A stretch of DNA of 64,000 nucleotides from Camelus dromedarius (GCF_036321535.1 NC_087436.1:102054001-102118000); one strand, 5' to 3'. Positions 1-12,980 are shown, counted from the first letter of the stretch. The notes: generated by a model not told the origin, from the sequence alone. A program made the numbers and translations.

Positions 1-143
1 CACACAACTAATGTCCATATATTAAAGCAAACTGATTTAGGATTTTACATCTGCAAAATCTCTTTACATCACTTAGATTAATATTTGATACAACATCAGG
101 GATAAGAGTCTTGGAGACCCATCTTTGGAATTCTTCCTACCAC
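1..143. mobile_element. MLT1-type (MaLR) LTR terminal fragment
   Basis: Ends ...ccatctttggaattcttcctaccaca, resembling the MLT1 terminus ccatcttagaattctgcctaccaca. Confidence 0.55.
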
Positions 144-149
144 AAGTGG

Positions 150-1200
150 CAAGGTTATTAAGGTTTTCTAAAATGAGTTACTTACCACTTTCTATTTACT
201 TTCTGAAAGAAGTTGTATATGTGCCAGTCTTTGGATATTCAAAAATCTTACTGGTAAAAATCCATTCCTTGATTGTAGGTAGAACTTAACTGGCAAAAAT
301 TGCTGTAATTTTCATTTTATTATTAGTTTTATATCCTGTGGATAGTTTCTATTTATTTAATGATTTCTTGTGCAGGTTTACTATTCTACTTTAGTTCTGG
401 CAAGGTTTTGAATTAATTGGCATAAAGTGACTGAATATTCATTGATTTTTTTAAACTACTTCCGTATATGTAATCATGCTCCCCTTCAGTTCTAATATTA
501 TCTATTTGTGATCTCTCTCTCTCTCCCCTCTCTTTTTTGATTAAAGTCCATGCAGGGCAGACTTTTTTTTCTGTTTTATTATACTTTTTAAATAAAATGC
601 TTTTTTTTGCCTTGTTGATCTAAAATATTCCTTTGATTCTGAGCTTTTGCTGTTTCTTTCTTTCAGTTACTTAGACTAATTTATTTTATTTTCATAACTT
701 TTACATTGGATGATTAGATCATTCATTTTTCAGACTTTTAAAAATTTCAAATATAAGCTTTAAAAAATATAGTTTCCCCTATACTTGAAATGCATTTATA
801 CATTTTACAGAAATAGTATTTTGATTACTATTGAAATTATGTATCAAAAGTATATGTATTTACTAATTTTTAAAGATTTTTTAATACATGAACTATATGT
901 TATTTTGCTTTAACCTCCAAATATATATAATTTACATTTTTTCTATTGATATTGAACTTGTTTATAATAGGATAAACGTGAAAAAAAATTAATTATTTTT
1001 TATGTTCAAGATGTCTGTGTATGTGTTGATACATCTTTTATGACCAGATAGACAGTCCAGCTCCATAAATGGTTTACTATATCTTAAGGAGAGTGAGTAT
1101 TTTAGCATTTTTGGATGTAAGGTTCAATATGCATTCATTACATCAAGTTTGTTACTTGTCTTCTATTTGTTCCTATTTTTTAATACTTTTTTTTACTAAT
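150..1200 (-). mobile_element. Old, degenerate L1 fragment
   Basis: T-rich antisense L1-like text (e.g. gtgagtattttagcatttttggatgtaaggttcaatatgcattcattacatcaagtttgtt). Confidence 0.55.
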
Positions 1201-1554
1201 TAGGTTTCTTAGAAGTTCTTTTAGATGGGAAATAATTATTTAATAAATTTTAACGTAAAATCCATTACAAATTTTATCCATTTAACGGTAAGTATGCAGA
1301 TTATAATTTTAAAATTTTTATTCTATTCGATTTTTCATAAAATGCATTTTGCAGCTATTACAATTGTTTTCAAGAACCTTTTATGCTAAGGAAAATACAA
1401 TCTTAACTATGAAAAAGGAATGATATAAAACTTCATATGTAGTATAACAATTTTAATGTGTCAAATTATTATGAGTAATTAACTTTGATATAATTAAAAT
1501 AATAATTAAAATAGGTGGATCATAATGAATTCCCTTAGACATATTTCAACATAC

Positions 1555-2530
1555 CAATGTTGAGAAGAAGCTAACTCATAGGTTATTTTCTGTAGGAAAC
1601 TTTTCTTTCTAGTTTCTAGAAACTCTTTAGGAGTTCAATTACTTCAGGCTGGAAAGAAAGTATTTTTGTTATACATACTGAAAGGCATCAGTGGAAATCA
1701 GACACCTAATAGTTTACCCTTAGTTTTAACATTTACTGTTACCAAACTTTCCCCAAGATATTTCACCATTTTAAACGACCCCCTTATGTAATTGGTTTAA
1801 TATTACTGATACAATCGTGATTAATTTCAAATTATGCAATGTTATATGCCTTGTGATACAAATTGTTCATTAAATTTCTGCCTCTTGGTATCAACGATTG
1901 CTGAAGTAAGTTCTTTTTTAGATAATAATTCTCCAAAAGCTTGGTAATAGTTATTTTGCCTAATTGTTGTATTCTGTTGCTGCCATGAATATTTGGTTGG
2001 TCTACCCAGAATAAGTGGCAAATTTTTCTTTGACTCACTCTCTTCCACTTTCTATGATATAAGCCCTGGTCTAGAAAGAGATTTAAAAGTGTACATGTAA
2101 TGATTTTTTTATGTTGTGTTAAATTTACAAAATGTCTATGGACATGCTCACAGGTAAATCTACCAGGTAAGTCTTAATATGAAAATTATTTGTCACTGAT
2201 CTTATGAGGGTTATAAGTGAAACAATTAGATTTTTTCTCAATATATAAAAATAGGTAGGAAATATTACATTCTTCATCAGATAATAATTCTCTTTCAGTA
2301 TGAGTCAACCCTTTGTCACTTTTGAGCATAGGAAGGTTATGCTGTCTGTTGAATAAAGCAAATATTTCTGCTGTGAACTCTGATGATACATACCCTATAT
2401 CATGATGAGTCATGGCCAATCCAGCTATTTTTTTCCCCAATCATGTCTATTCTTTTTAACCTAGCAACTTCCAGTGGTTAAACAATTAAATGTTTCCTAG
2501 ATGATTGATTCAAATTGTATCATAATAAAC
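1555..2530 (-). pseudogene. Three exon remnants (2394-2530, 1850-2070, 1555-1648)
   Basis: Acceptors ttttttgtttag, ctctttctag and ctttctttccag; donors gtatgt, gcatat and gtatgt; phases match. Reads ...PLEVARLKRIDMIGEK-fs-IAGLAMTHHDI(G) / PGLIS*KVEESESKKNLPLILGRPTKYSWQQQ...KRQKFNEQFVSQ(A) / *SN*TPKEFLETRKKSFLQKITYELASSQH. Confidence 0.75.
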
Positions 2531-3343
2531 CTAAACAAAAAAAGGTTACTATATAAGTATTTAGAACTATATCTATTCATTTAACACACGCAATCATAAA
2601 GGGCTGACTGAATGGGTATATTGTTCTAGACATTGTGTTTGTCACTCAAGATTCAGTTAAAAGACATTTCTCTCTTTTCCTCTGCAACTACACATCCCAT
2701 TCTCCTCAAAAAAGAAAGAGAGAAATTTCACAGATCATTTGGATCATGTATGTATATTGCTAATATGGAGAGTGATATTAATCAATATATGACTGTAAAA
2801 CAGAGAAGTATAATCTACTTTATGATTTTAAATGTGTTTATGTGTTTCAAGAATAAGTCATTCATGTGTTTTAAAATTATCATGAGCTCAAATGGCCTAT
2901 TTAAGAAAACATTTTCTTTTCTATGCATCGAAATATACATATATATAATACACACATTTAATGTGAATATTTTATTTCATTACAAATATTTTTTACCGGA
3001 AAGAAACTTTAGCCAAAATTAAAATGCATTTTTCCTGTGACCCAAAGACCTCAAAATACAGAGTAAGATTTGTTTTTAATGGGGAACAAAGCTTGAGAGA
3101 TTCAGGGAAAGAAACATAAATTAGAGAAGTCAATTTTGTTGGAAGCAGTGCCTTTGACAGATTCATGACAAGATGGAAGAATAATTTTTGTTTTGAACAG
3201 TAGGTTGAAAGATTAATGGTAAGAAATAGAAAAATCATTTTTATTGGGAGATGCAGGGCTAGGAGATTTGTGATTTAAGAATCTTATTTTTCTTTATTTT
3301 AGGAAACTGAGGATCTGAGAGGGGTTTTTTTTTTTTAATGTAT

Positions 3344-3437
3344 CTATTTAATTGTCCATGGTTTTTCCTGAAGACCTCAGCTAATGAATTTGTGAGAGTC
3401 ATGTTTGCCGATAGTTTTCCCTTGCACTAAGTTTATG
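3344..3437 (-). pseudogene. Exon remnant
   Basis: atatttag acceptor, phase 2: INLVQGK-fs-LSANMTLTNSLAEVFRKNHGQLN; donor degenerate. Confidence 0.4.
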
Positions 3438-4042
3438 CTAAATATATCATAAGAAAATTAGCTTACAATTGCATCTTTATTTCTATATGTTTATCTGTTT
3501 ATGTCAAAGAAAACATGGGAGACTTAAGTCATCAAAAGGTCAGCATTTGTGCATATTATATTAAATTTTATATTTTTCAAGCTCTGGTGCTTCATATAAA
3601 AAATGTGCCTCTGCTGATAGGTAATGAATATGTAAATTTGGTAGATTTTTTGGAGGTAAATTCTTGTCAGTAAAAAAATGTAAGACATATTTACTATCAG
3701 CATTGTCCAAAGTCAAATCTTTAAATTACAGAGAGTTATTTCCTCAAAGAGCAATTGAGAAATTATTTTGGGTCCCTGCATGATGTAAAGATGTTAGAAT
3801 CTGAAGTCATTGGATCATACCAGTTTAGAATCAAAAGGGGTCATATTATATTATTCAAAGTTTTGTATTTATAGTGGTGGTTCAAAAAAGACAAGCCTTA
3901 ATACAATAAATATGTTCACAATACATCATTGTTGCTATATTTAGACTCAGCAAAACTGAACTTAAATCCTGAATCTTTCAAATTTTTCCTATGGGAATCT
4001 GACCAGATTGTTAACTCATTTAGTTTATACCAATCCACATAC

Positions 4043-4217
4043 TTCTCTGAAGTTCTTTATAGAACTTCATTTTCTGTCTATTCAATCACATCTTGTATTA
4101 TCCATCTCTCACCTTGAATGATAAAAAACTGGTACATTTTTTAAGCTATAGGTGCTTCTTCTTCAACTAGATTTGAAATATTTTAAAGACCTAAATCTCA
4201 ACCTGAATTAGGTTAAC
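4043..4217 (-). pseudogene. Exon remnant
   Basis: tactaacattcag acceptor and gtatgt donor: LT*FRL-fs-DLGL*NISNLVEEEAPIA*KMYQFFIIQGERWIIQDVIE*TENEVL*RTSE. Confidence 0.7.
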
Positions 4218-5389
4218 CTGAATGTTAGTAAAATTAGACAAATTTACAATTTAGAGTAGTGAATTCATAGATCAGAGTAGATGGCTTGTTTATTTACATT
4301 CTTGTCAGAGAATATCTATTCATGGATTTATTAATTTGCTTTGAAACAAATAATTGCACATTTCAGTTATTGTTCACAGTTTTGGAGATACAACAGAAAC
4401 CAGACTTGAAAAAGTATCTGCCTTCATGAAGGTTATGTTTAAGTGGAGAAGAGGAAGTACGTCTGTGATAAATAAATAAGTCTATTATTTATGAAGAGTC
4501 TGTATGTTGATTTATGTAATTAACAAAAGAAAAAAGTTTTACGAAGGAGAGTGATCCTTTTTTTGTGTGTGTGTAAAGTTGTCAAGGAAAAGAGAGGGAC
4601 TATTTATTTAGCCAAGTAAAGAGGGACTTTTTAAAAGCATCAATCTTGAGATTGAACTTGCCTGAAAGAAGTTAAGACCAACATCTCACCCCTGAGAACT
4701 TGATAAGTTGAAAAGGTCAGTTTCACCTTGGCATCACCACTCAAAATCTGTTGAGAAATTGGTGAGAAAGCTTGACCTCAGTCTCTTGGAATTTGTTGCC
4801 ATATGACAAAATAGGGACCGATAATTGTTTTTACCCTGTTTCCTTCTGATGTCAGGAGTTTTCAGAGGCATCCTTTGCCATCAGGTTAAGTAAGAACTGT
4901 GGTGACAGGAGGCTGGGGAGACATGGAGGAGGGTAGTTGCTTCTATCCCTCTAAGAATATAGAATTAGACTCATGGATTCCTGCATGTTCTGTGAAGGAG
5001 CTTGAAAAATAGAGAAGAAAGAAGCAGTCAGGGTGCTCAGGGGTCCACCTAGCTAATTAATGGATTACAGTGTTTGAAAGGGATATGTGAGAACTTGGAC
5101 GTTTTGAGGAGTTGGAGGGAGATACAGGGTAGCACACTTTAGGCAGTCATCAGTGAAGGAGGGGCTTGAGATGAGACACTACTGTTATCAAAGGAATCAT
5201 GCTTCCGTCAGCACCTTATCTTTGTGCAACCACATCAATAAAAGCCAGTGGAAGGAATAAAACCAGGATGACCCAGAGAGTGACCCAAGGTAGGTGGGAA
5301 CACTAACAGACAACACATTCAACTGCTCAAAGTGCAGATGTTACACCACAGAATATGCAGGTGTTTGGAATTTTTTGGAAAATGCCTGC

Positions 5390-5511
5390 CTACAATCTAG
5401 CCCATTGGCAGGACAGGATTCACAATAGGTTCAGAACCAGTCCAGACAACACTGAACACTAATGCATTCCCTGAAGTAGTTCTGAGGTTGCATAGAGGTC
5501 TCTCCCAATCA
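5390..5511 (-). pseudogene. Exon remnant
   Basis: Strong acceptor cttcagtttttcttcag; DWERP-fs-MQPQNYFRECISVQCCLDWF*TYCESCPANGLDC|gcaggc; resembles RGS alpha2-3. Confidence 0.65.
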
Positions 5512-6087
5512 CTGAAGAAAAACTGAAGAGGCTGAAAGAGTATCAGTGGATTGGTGTGACTCTTTATAGTTATTAGAAAAACAACCCACATGTTTGAGAC
5601 TGCTCAACATCCCAAGATGTTAAAAATAATTCCTAGAGAAGCACACATATCTTAATTAAATTAGGACCTTTCTAAACAAGTAATCTCTAAGATTATTTAC
5701 TTTAACTTCTCATTCAACTTGTATTTTGAATTCAACTTCTAGGACCCAAATGCCTTTTATGGTAATAAAAACTGTTTCAAGACACTCATGTTACAGTATA
5801 AAGAGTATAGAATTCACTTCTTACATTTTTTTTTCATTTTTTATCCGTATTTCAGTTACAAAAGAAAGAAGTCCCAATAACTTCTATGTTCAGCATCTTG
5901 TATTTAAAGAGATCTTGTATTTAAAGAGATTTAAATAGTTGAGCTATAAAATAACATATGATTTTTAAGATATAATAGATATAATAGAGTCCATTTTACT
6001 TTTTGAACAAGTTTACTCTCATTCTGAAAGTAAAATATCTGAATTCCTCTGTTGGAAAAATAAAAATGATCTTTGTAAAAACCTTAC

Positions 6088-6131
6088 TCTTCAGTAATTG
6101 GAAAGTTATGTATATAGGGATAAAATCACAA
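6088..6131 (-). pseudogene. Exon remnant
   Basis: caatacag|L*FYPYIHNFPITE|gtaagg. Confidence 0.45.
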
Positions 6132-6615
6132 CTGTATTGTTAAGATATCTTGATAAATTACACAAAATTATTAGAATTCATTACACATGTGTGATAATCA
6201 AATATGACAAGCTGCAGACCCAAATAGAGCTTTTGTCATGGCAGGAGAGATAAGAACCACAGTGGAATCCTTTCACCTGCCACCATGTCATGTTTAGTTC
6301 CAACAAATCAGTGCCTTTTTCACATTGTTGCATAGTTATTTATGACTAAAAGAGTCATTATTTTGGAATTGTTTAGTGTGATGCTTCCACTTCAGTGAAA
6401 GAACTGAGCAGTAATAATGAGCAATTAGAAGATCCATACTGGTATTGCATCAACCTAAAACATTTTACAGGGAATGTAATGACTTAATTTGAACTCCAGA
6501 GAATAAAGAATCAGAATCTGCCAGAATTAGGTAAGTTCATCTCTCAATGTCTAAATCATCATCATGTACTTTTCCCTAAGAATGGTAATTTTAGGTTTCT
6601 AACATATGTGATATA

Positions 6616-6711
6616 GAGAAAAGAAAAAAAAAGGGAAAGAAAAAAAAAGGACAAGAAAAAAAAAAAGGAAAGGGAAAAGAAAAAAAGGGAAAAGGAAAGA
6701 AAAGAAAAAAA
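6616..6711. repeat. A/G-rich low-complexity tract
   Basis: Runs of gaaaa, gggaaa and poly-A. Confidence 0.9.
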
Positions 6712-7285
6712 GCTTATCTATTTGGGGAGTAGGTAGATATTCTAAAGTAAAGCCAAGATTTTTTCACAAGAAAACTGTTATACCAGAGACACTGAAATGT
6801 AAGATGGAATGGGACTTCTTTTCCCCCCCAATAAATTTAAGTGCACTCTGGAATGAGATTGGATTAGCAAGCACATTCATGGACTGTTAGCTGGTGTGGT
6901 TTCCTCTCAAGTGGCTTATCCTACAATATCATCACTTTACAAATGGAAGCAATGAGCAAGGCGATCCCAGAGAGGTGATGTAGTTGCTCATAAATAAAAA
7001 GCAGAAACATCCCAAATGCGACAAGACAGAATAAATAAACTTGAAGTGTATCTTAGAGTAATAAAAGAAGTATTCAAAGTGAAAAGCTAAGTGAGATTGC
7101 ACAGAGAACAAAGGTAAAAATATTTGAAGACACTATGATAAATCAAGCAAGTTTGGAATGACATTTACCAAGTCATAAACTGAAACTAACAGAGTGACTA
7201 AAAAGTCCAGTGGGAGAATAGGCTGTTCCACTGAAGACTGATGATGCAAAAAGGAGTTAGCACAAGTTTCCTGCCACAACCTTAC

Positions 7286-7565
7286 ATAGCCTCAAAAATC
7301 TGACATGTTCTGAGGAATACTGTGATTATCTCAGCCGTGTTACAAATGGTTGATAGAGAAATGTCTATGCATTTGGTTTGTTTCAACCTAATTCAGTTTA
7401 CAGCCCATCTGTCAATTCCTCAAATAATTCATCCTTGCATTCCCTGTCAAATGCCTGGGAACATTTGTTTCCTATATTTATTTGATTTTCTGGTTGTTTA
7501 TAGTCAAAGAGTAATTTTAGTCCCAATTTCTCTATTACCAATGGAAACAGAAATCCTCCTTAAAA
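7286..7565 (-). pseudogene. Exon remnant
   Basis: 280 nt, phase 0 to 1, donor gtaagg: F*GGFLFPLVIEKLGLKLLFDYKQPENQINIGNKCSQAFDRECKDELFEELTDGL*TELG*NKPNA*TFLYQPFVTRLR*SQYSSEHVRFLRL. Confidence 0.7.
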
Positions 7566-8136
7566 CTGTTTAGATAATCAATAACGTTATTTTGCTTCAA
7601 CCTACAATGATATGTTACTTTTAGAAAGAAATTATTTTTGAAAGCAGTTTTTGAATATAGCCACTGTATAATTCCATCATATAATAAAAACTCAATCAAG
7701 AAATAAGTATTTCCAAAAATATTATATACTAATTATTTTAGTGATTCTTTTTGCTATCAAAAATACCCATATTTTAAATGACACATTATATGATTATCCT
7801 ACTTCTAAGTCTATTGGAAGTAGTTTCAAATCTCCACTGTTACATATTTGCATGTGATAGCTCAAATCCTAATACAGATTGTGTATGTTAAACTGGCAAC
7901 TCAAACACCATGAGAAAGAGTGCCAGATGTGTTTTAAATAGTGAATAATAATTTTAAATTGATGTTCTGATGAAAGTAAAGCACAACCTCTTTTCCTTTA
8001 AATTATAATACTATATAGAAATATTAAAATACTTAGTTGTCATATGTTAAAAACACTTAGATGTTAAGGTGAGTTAATTATAAATGATCCTGGTGTTTCT
8101 GTTTCTGTTTGTTTTGTTTTGTTTTGTTTTGCTTAC

Positions 8137-8167
8137 CTGATTATCTGTTAAGATTGCTTCCATCTGC
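8137..8167 (-). pseudogene. 31-nt exon remnant
   Basis: cttttgatttttcag|G CAG ATG GAA GCA ATC TTA ACA GAT AAT CAG|gtaagc; strong sites, QMEAILTDNQ, phase 2 to 0. Confidence 0.7.
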
Positions 8168-8370
8168 CTGAAAAATCAAAAGTTGTTTAAAGGATGCATA
8201 TTTACTTTGTGGTATTCTTCTGTGTAGGAGGGAAATCTAGAGTCCTGGTTCCACATACTGAGTGTCATAGAATCTCCCAATTAATTAGGGGAACAATAAA
8301 AGAAAACAAAACAAGACATAAAATAGTTGCTGAAAGCGGTTCTGTATCCTTTGAAAACCATTGCATAACA

Positions 8371-10232
8371 TATTGTTAAAATGGCATACTACCCAAAGCA
8401 ATCTGCTGATTTAATATGATCTCTGTCAAATTACCCAGGACACTTTTCACAGAACTAGAACAAATTATCCTAAAATTTATATGGAATCACAAAAAGACCC
8501 AGAATTTCCAGAGCAAACCTGAAGAAAAAGAACAAAGCTGGAGGAATAACCCTCTTAGACTTCAGACAATAATACAGAGCTACAGTAATCAAAATAGCTT
8601 GGTAATGCCACAAAAATATACTTATGGATCAATGGAACAGAATAGACAGCTGTGAAATACACCCGCACACCCATGGCCAATTAATCTTTGACAAAGGAGG
8701 CAAGAATATACAATGGAGAAAAGACAGCCTCTTCAGCAAGTGGTGTTGGGAAAACTGGACAGCTGAATGCAAATAAGTGGAGTTAGAACACTCCCTCACA
8801 CCATTCACAAAAATAAACTCAAAATGGCTTGAAGACTAAAACCAAGACAAAACACCATAAGACTCCTAAAAGAAAACACAGACAAAACATACTCTGACAT
8901 AAATCTTAGCAATGTTCTCCTAGGGCAGTCTATTCAGGCAAGAGAAAAAAAGCAAAAATGAATAATAAACAAATGGGATCTAGTTAAAGATTATAAGCTT
9001 TTGCACAGCAAAGGAAACTATATACAAAACAAAAAGACACCTATGGAATGGGAGAAAATATTTGTAAACAATGTGACTAAGAAGGGCTTAATCTCAAGAA
9101 TATACAAACAACTTATACAACTCAATAACAAAAAGAACCAAACAACCCAATCAAAAAAGGGGCAGAAGACCTAAACAAACATCTTTCCAATAAAGACATA
9201 CTAATAGGCACATGAAAAAAATGCTCAATAATGCTAATTATCAGAGAAATGCAAATCAAAACTACAATGAGATATCACTTCACACCAATCAGAATGGCTA
9301 TCATTAAAAAGTCCACAAATGATAAATGTTGGTAAGGTTGTGGAGTAAAGGGAACCCTACTACACTGTTGGTGGGAATGTAGTGTGCTGCAGCCATTATG
9401 GAAAACAGTATGGAAATTCTTCAAAAAACTAAAAATATACTTACCATATGATCCAGCAATCCAACTCCTGGGCATATACCCAGAGGAGATTCTAATTCAA
9501 AAAATTCTAATTCAAAAAGGTACATGCAGCCCCAAATATTCATAGCAGCCCAACTTACAATAGCTAAGACATGGAAAGTGCCTAAATGTCCATCAGCAAA
9601 TGACTGGATAAAAAAAGTTGTGAGATCATATATATATATTCCATTATATATATACATATATACATATATATATATACACACACATGTTTTATATATATAT
9701 ATAAAACAGAATGCTACTCAGACATTAAAATAAAATAATGCCATTTGTAGCAACATGGATAGACCTGGAGATTGTCATACTAAGTGAAGTAAGCCAGAAA
9801 GAGAAAGAAAAATACCATATGATATCACTTATATATGGAATCTTAAAAAAAAATGACATAAATGAACTTCTTTACAAAACAGAAACAGATTCACAGACAC
9901 AGAAAACAAACTTATGGTTACCAAACTGGAAAAGGGGATGGAGGGATAAATTGGGAGTTTAGAATTTGCAGATAGTAATTACTATATATAAAATAGATAA
10001 ACAACAGAGTCCTACTGTATAACACAGGGAACTATATTCAACATCTTGTAAAGGGATATATCCCTTTTCATATTCTTTTTCATTATAGGCTTTTATAATG
10101 TGTATATATATGTATGTATGTAACGTGTATATATGTGTGTATTAAGTATGTATAATTGAACCACTATGCTGTGCACCAAAAACAAACACAACATGGTAAA
10201 CCAACTGTACTTCAATTTAAAAAAAAGAAAAC
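8371..10232 (+). mobile_element. 5'-truncated L1 (ORF2 3' part, 3' UTR, poly-A), intronic and antisense to the pseudogene
   Basis: ORF2 fragments ([33 protein letters not shown]); A tail; TSD aaaaccattgcataacat (8354-8371) vs aaaactactgcatagcat (10233-10250), 15/18 identical. Confidence 0.97.
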
Positions 10233-10269
10233 AAAACTACTGCATAGCATTTTCTGGAGACCATGTTAC

Positions 10270-10287
10270 CTTTGACGAGGTAGAGAC
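10270..10287 (-). pseudogene. 18-nt micro-exon remnant
   Basis: cctttaacag|G TCT CTA CCT CGT CAA AG|gtaaca, phase 2 to 2, encodes SLPRQ. Confidence 0.5.
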
Positions 10288-10944
10288 CTGTTAAAGGACA
10301 GTAGCTTTTTTGTGTGTGTGTGTGCAAATGGGATAGGATGTGACATAAACAAGTATGTATTTTAGTCACCGTGTGCTGGATTAGGAATGAAAGTTTGGCA
10401 GGATAAAGACAATGGGGAGAGAGAATAGATGACCCAGGAAGTTATTGCAGAAATTTAGCTCTGAAGTTACGAATATCTATGTAATCTGTTTAAATATATC
10501 ATCATGGAGCAGAAGGTAAAAATGAAAACAAAGGATATGTTTTCTAGGCTAAGTTTCAAAGCTGCATAGGAAGAAAAGCTATGATAATAGATAGATGGAA
10601 AAGTGGCAAAGGAAGAGGAGACGAGCAACAAAGACAGACAGACATTTTACTCAGATGTTAGAGGACATCTACCAACATTCACCTAAGGATGACAAATGGC
10701 ATATTTTGAAAATAAAGCAGAAATAATTTTCAGAAATTATAGTACATTCTAAGAGCGCAATCTTGTAAAAGGATTTAGATGAATGTGGGAAAATAATTTA
10801 TATATTAAAATACAGGCGGCATTGGGATGGAATTTTAAAAGGGCTATTGATGGTTTTGTGATTATCAGTGGCTGATGTGCTTTCCACTTTCTTACACTGA
10901 TACTGAGAAAATTAAATGGAATGATTCAAAATTAATTAACAGAC

Positions 10945-11053
10945 TTTTCAGTTCCAAACCAAATGTTCATGTTTTTAGGAATAAAGATATTGTAAAAATC
11001 TTCGGCTTTATGTTAAATGTTATTCTGCCATATATCTTGAATTCCATACAATT
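10945..11053 (-). pseudogene. Exon remnant
   Basis: ttcttctag|LYGIQDIWQNNI*HKAEDFYNIFIPKNMNIWFGTE|gtctgt; 109 nt, phase 1 to 2; KA..(F/I)Y..FI is an RGS alpha5-like motif. Confidence 0.7.
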
Positions 11054-11549
11054 CTAGAAGAATTTAACTCTTAAAAAAAAACTTATTATATATTTCAGGT
11101 TGCTGGGTTCAGTGTAACATTCTAAGATTCAGCAATTCCACAAGATGAGGACGATGTGGCAACAGAAGAGAAAGATACAGGCTTTTGTTTATTACAGGTA
11201 AATTGCTGGGAGAATACTTTGGATAATTATGAATGCCAGATTTCAAATATTTACTGTTAGAGTTCTCAATTATCATTAAGAATCTGAAATCCTAGATGAG
11301 GAGGAGAGGGAGGAGGAAGGGAAGAAAGTATAAGAGGAGAAAGGGAAATCAAAGAATTACAGAAGAAGAAGGAATGAACGGTTCAGATCTTAAAGTAAAT
11401 AATAATATATTGGACAAAGAAAGAAGAACTATTGGAAATTGATCTACTAGGATGTCATAGCTAAATAGTATCAGCAGTATATCTTTCACATCTATATCTG
11501 AAAAAATGTGTCCGTGAAAATAATAATACCAGCATTTTAAAAAAGGAAC

Positions 11550-11692
11550 AGTAAGAGCTAACATTTTCAAAGCCTATGCAATGCACTAGGTGTGGTTTAA
11601 GAATCTTTATAAATGTTAACACATTGAATTCTCATGTAAAACTTTGAGGTAAATATTTTCTATTATTTATACATGAAAAGACTAAGCACATC
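11550..11692 (-). mobile_element. MIR fragment
   Basis: agctaacatttt...gcactaggtgtgg...ttctcat...gaggtaaatatt...catgaaaagactaagcaca matches the MIR core. Confidence 0.6.
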
Positions 11693-11699
11693 AATTGTA

Positions 11700-11894
11700 T
11701 TTTCATTGCTCATCATTGAATGTCATGGACATCTTTACACTTTCAAGTAATGCTTTTTCAGGTGCCTGTTTTTTTAGGGTGCATAGAAAATCACAAAGGT
11801 TCAAATTTCTTGGATTCATTATCTATGGATTTTATAATACGTTAGTATCCACCACATTAAATTTGAAGTCATATAGACTTGTGGCTTTTTTAAA
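11700..11894 (-). pseudogene. Exon remnant (donor position unclear)
   Basis: ttcttttgtcag|FKKATSLYDFKFNVVDTNVL*NP*IMNPRNLNLCDFLCTLKKQAPEKALLE; phase 0 matches the upstream exon. Confidence 0.6.
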
Positions 11895-12242
11895 CTGACA
11901 AAAGAAATCTACCAATGCTCTCTTAGTTTGTGTTCTTTCATAAAATTAGAATAACAATATCTGTCTCATATGGTTTTTAAGGATCAATGTGATATTTGTT
12001 TAATAATTAAACTTGCTTATCCATTTACAACATAAAATCTATTAAATCTAATACATAAATGTGCACAAAGTGCTCTTTACTGAAAACCTGTATAATGACT
12101 TCTATAAGACAGATAAAAATTAAGAAAATATTTCAATATTATGTGGCTTATTTTGAATAATAAACAAGAAGTCTATTATAAAATATTTTATTAAAATACT
12201 TAAAGTTCCATATTCATATGTATGTGTGTTTGTGTTGTGTAT

Positions 12243-12602
12243 TCTGCTAGTCCATTTGGGCCACTATAACAAAAATGCCAACAATTGAGTGGCTTATAAA
12301 CAACAGAAATTTATTTCACACTGTTATGGAGGCTGGGAAGTCCAAGACCCAGGTGCTGACAGATTCAGAATCTGGTGGAGTCCTGTTTTCTGGTTCAAAG
12401 GCGGGGGCTTCTCACTGTGTCTTCACAAGATGGAAGGAGCATGAGAGCTGTGGGGTTCTTTATAAGGACACTAATCCCATTCATGTAGGCTCTGCCTTTG
12501 TGACCTAATTACTTCCCAAAAGTTCGACTTCCAAATTTCATCACATGGGAGACTGGTTTCAACATATGAATTTTCAAAAGACACAATATTCTGGCTATAA
12601 CA
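12243..12602 (-). mobile_element. MLT1A/B-like solo LTR
   Basis: gtggcttataaacaacagaaatttattt...ggaggctgggaagtccaaga...ttataaggacactaatcccattcatg...ttcaacatatgaatttt. Confidence 0.9.
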
Positions 12603-12727
12603 GTATCTAATAACTTACAGCATGTAGTGTCTTACTAAAGCTAAAGCAGATATTAAAAATGTTTTTATTAATGTAAAATCACTATCAAGGGAACTAAATG
12701 TATGAATGAATAAGGGGTCAAACATGC

Positions 12728-12932
12728 CTTCTGTTCAGAAATACACAAGTCAAAATACGCTCTGTGAATTTGCACAAGATCTTGCATTGCCATAATGTAA
12801 GGCTTTCAATACTTAAGTCTTTTTTTTTTTCAATTTCATAATGATTTTATTCATAAGTTTAAAAGGTATTTTTATTCTTGCTTCTTTTACGGCTTTTTAA
12901 AGTGGTTCTCTCTCTATTTCTGTGTCTAACTC
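12728..12932 (-). pseudogene. Exon remnant
   Basis: ELDTEIEREPL*KAVKEARIKIPFKLMNKIIMKLKK, frameshift in an A-run, then RLKY*KPYIMAMQDLVQIHRAYFDLCISEQK|gcatgt. Confidence 0.6.
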
Positions 12933-12980
12933 CATAAAAGAGTACATTATAAGAACTGGCCCACAGCCAAACTCTGCTTT

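Noticed and set aside
1842..2048. LGRPT motif suggesting a UDP-glucuronosyltransferase, or GRPTKY suggesting a phage terminase or endogenous virus
   Set aside because: The flanking residues fit neither. The segment has splice sites and belongs to the exon chain.
2186..2440. 84-aa minus-strand ORF
   Set aside because: Only the first ~14 codons precede a gtatgt donor; the rest is read-through into intron.
4600..5340. GC-elevated block that may be an old LTR
   Set aside because: No family or termini could be assigned with confidence.
5895..5928. 17-bp tandem duplication (atcttgtatttaaagag x2); similar at about 9489-9518 and 21758-21785
   Set aside because: Ordinary slippage duplications; not an array or CRISPR-like structure.
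5700..6930. Additional small exon candidates (about 5825-5855, 6186-6276, 6440-6454, 6875-6920); similar ones near 2650-2705, 11130-11500, 13980-14100, 19480-19590 and 19990-20295
   Set aside because: They probably include real exons, but frame, phase or a splice site could not be fixed by eye, so they are not listed individually.
11099..11197. Plus-strand AG...GT exon-like segment
   Set aside because: Isolated, with no partner exons; it overlaps a region better explained by the minus-strand fossil.
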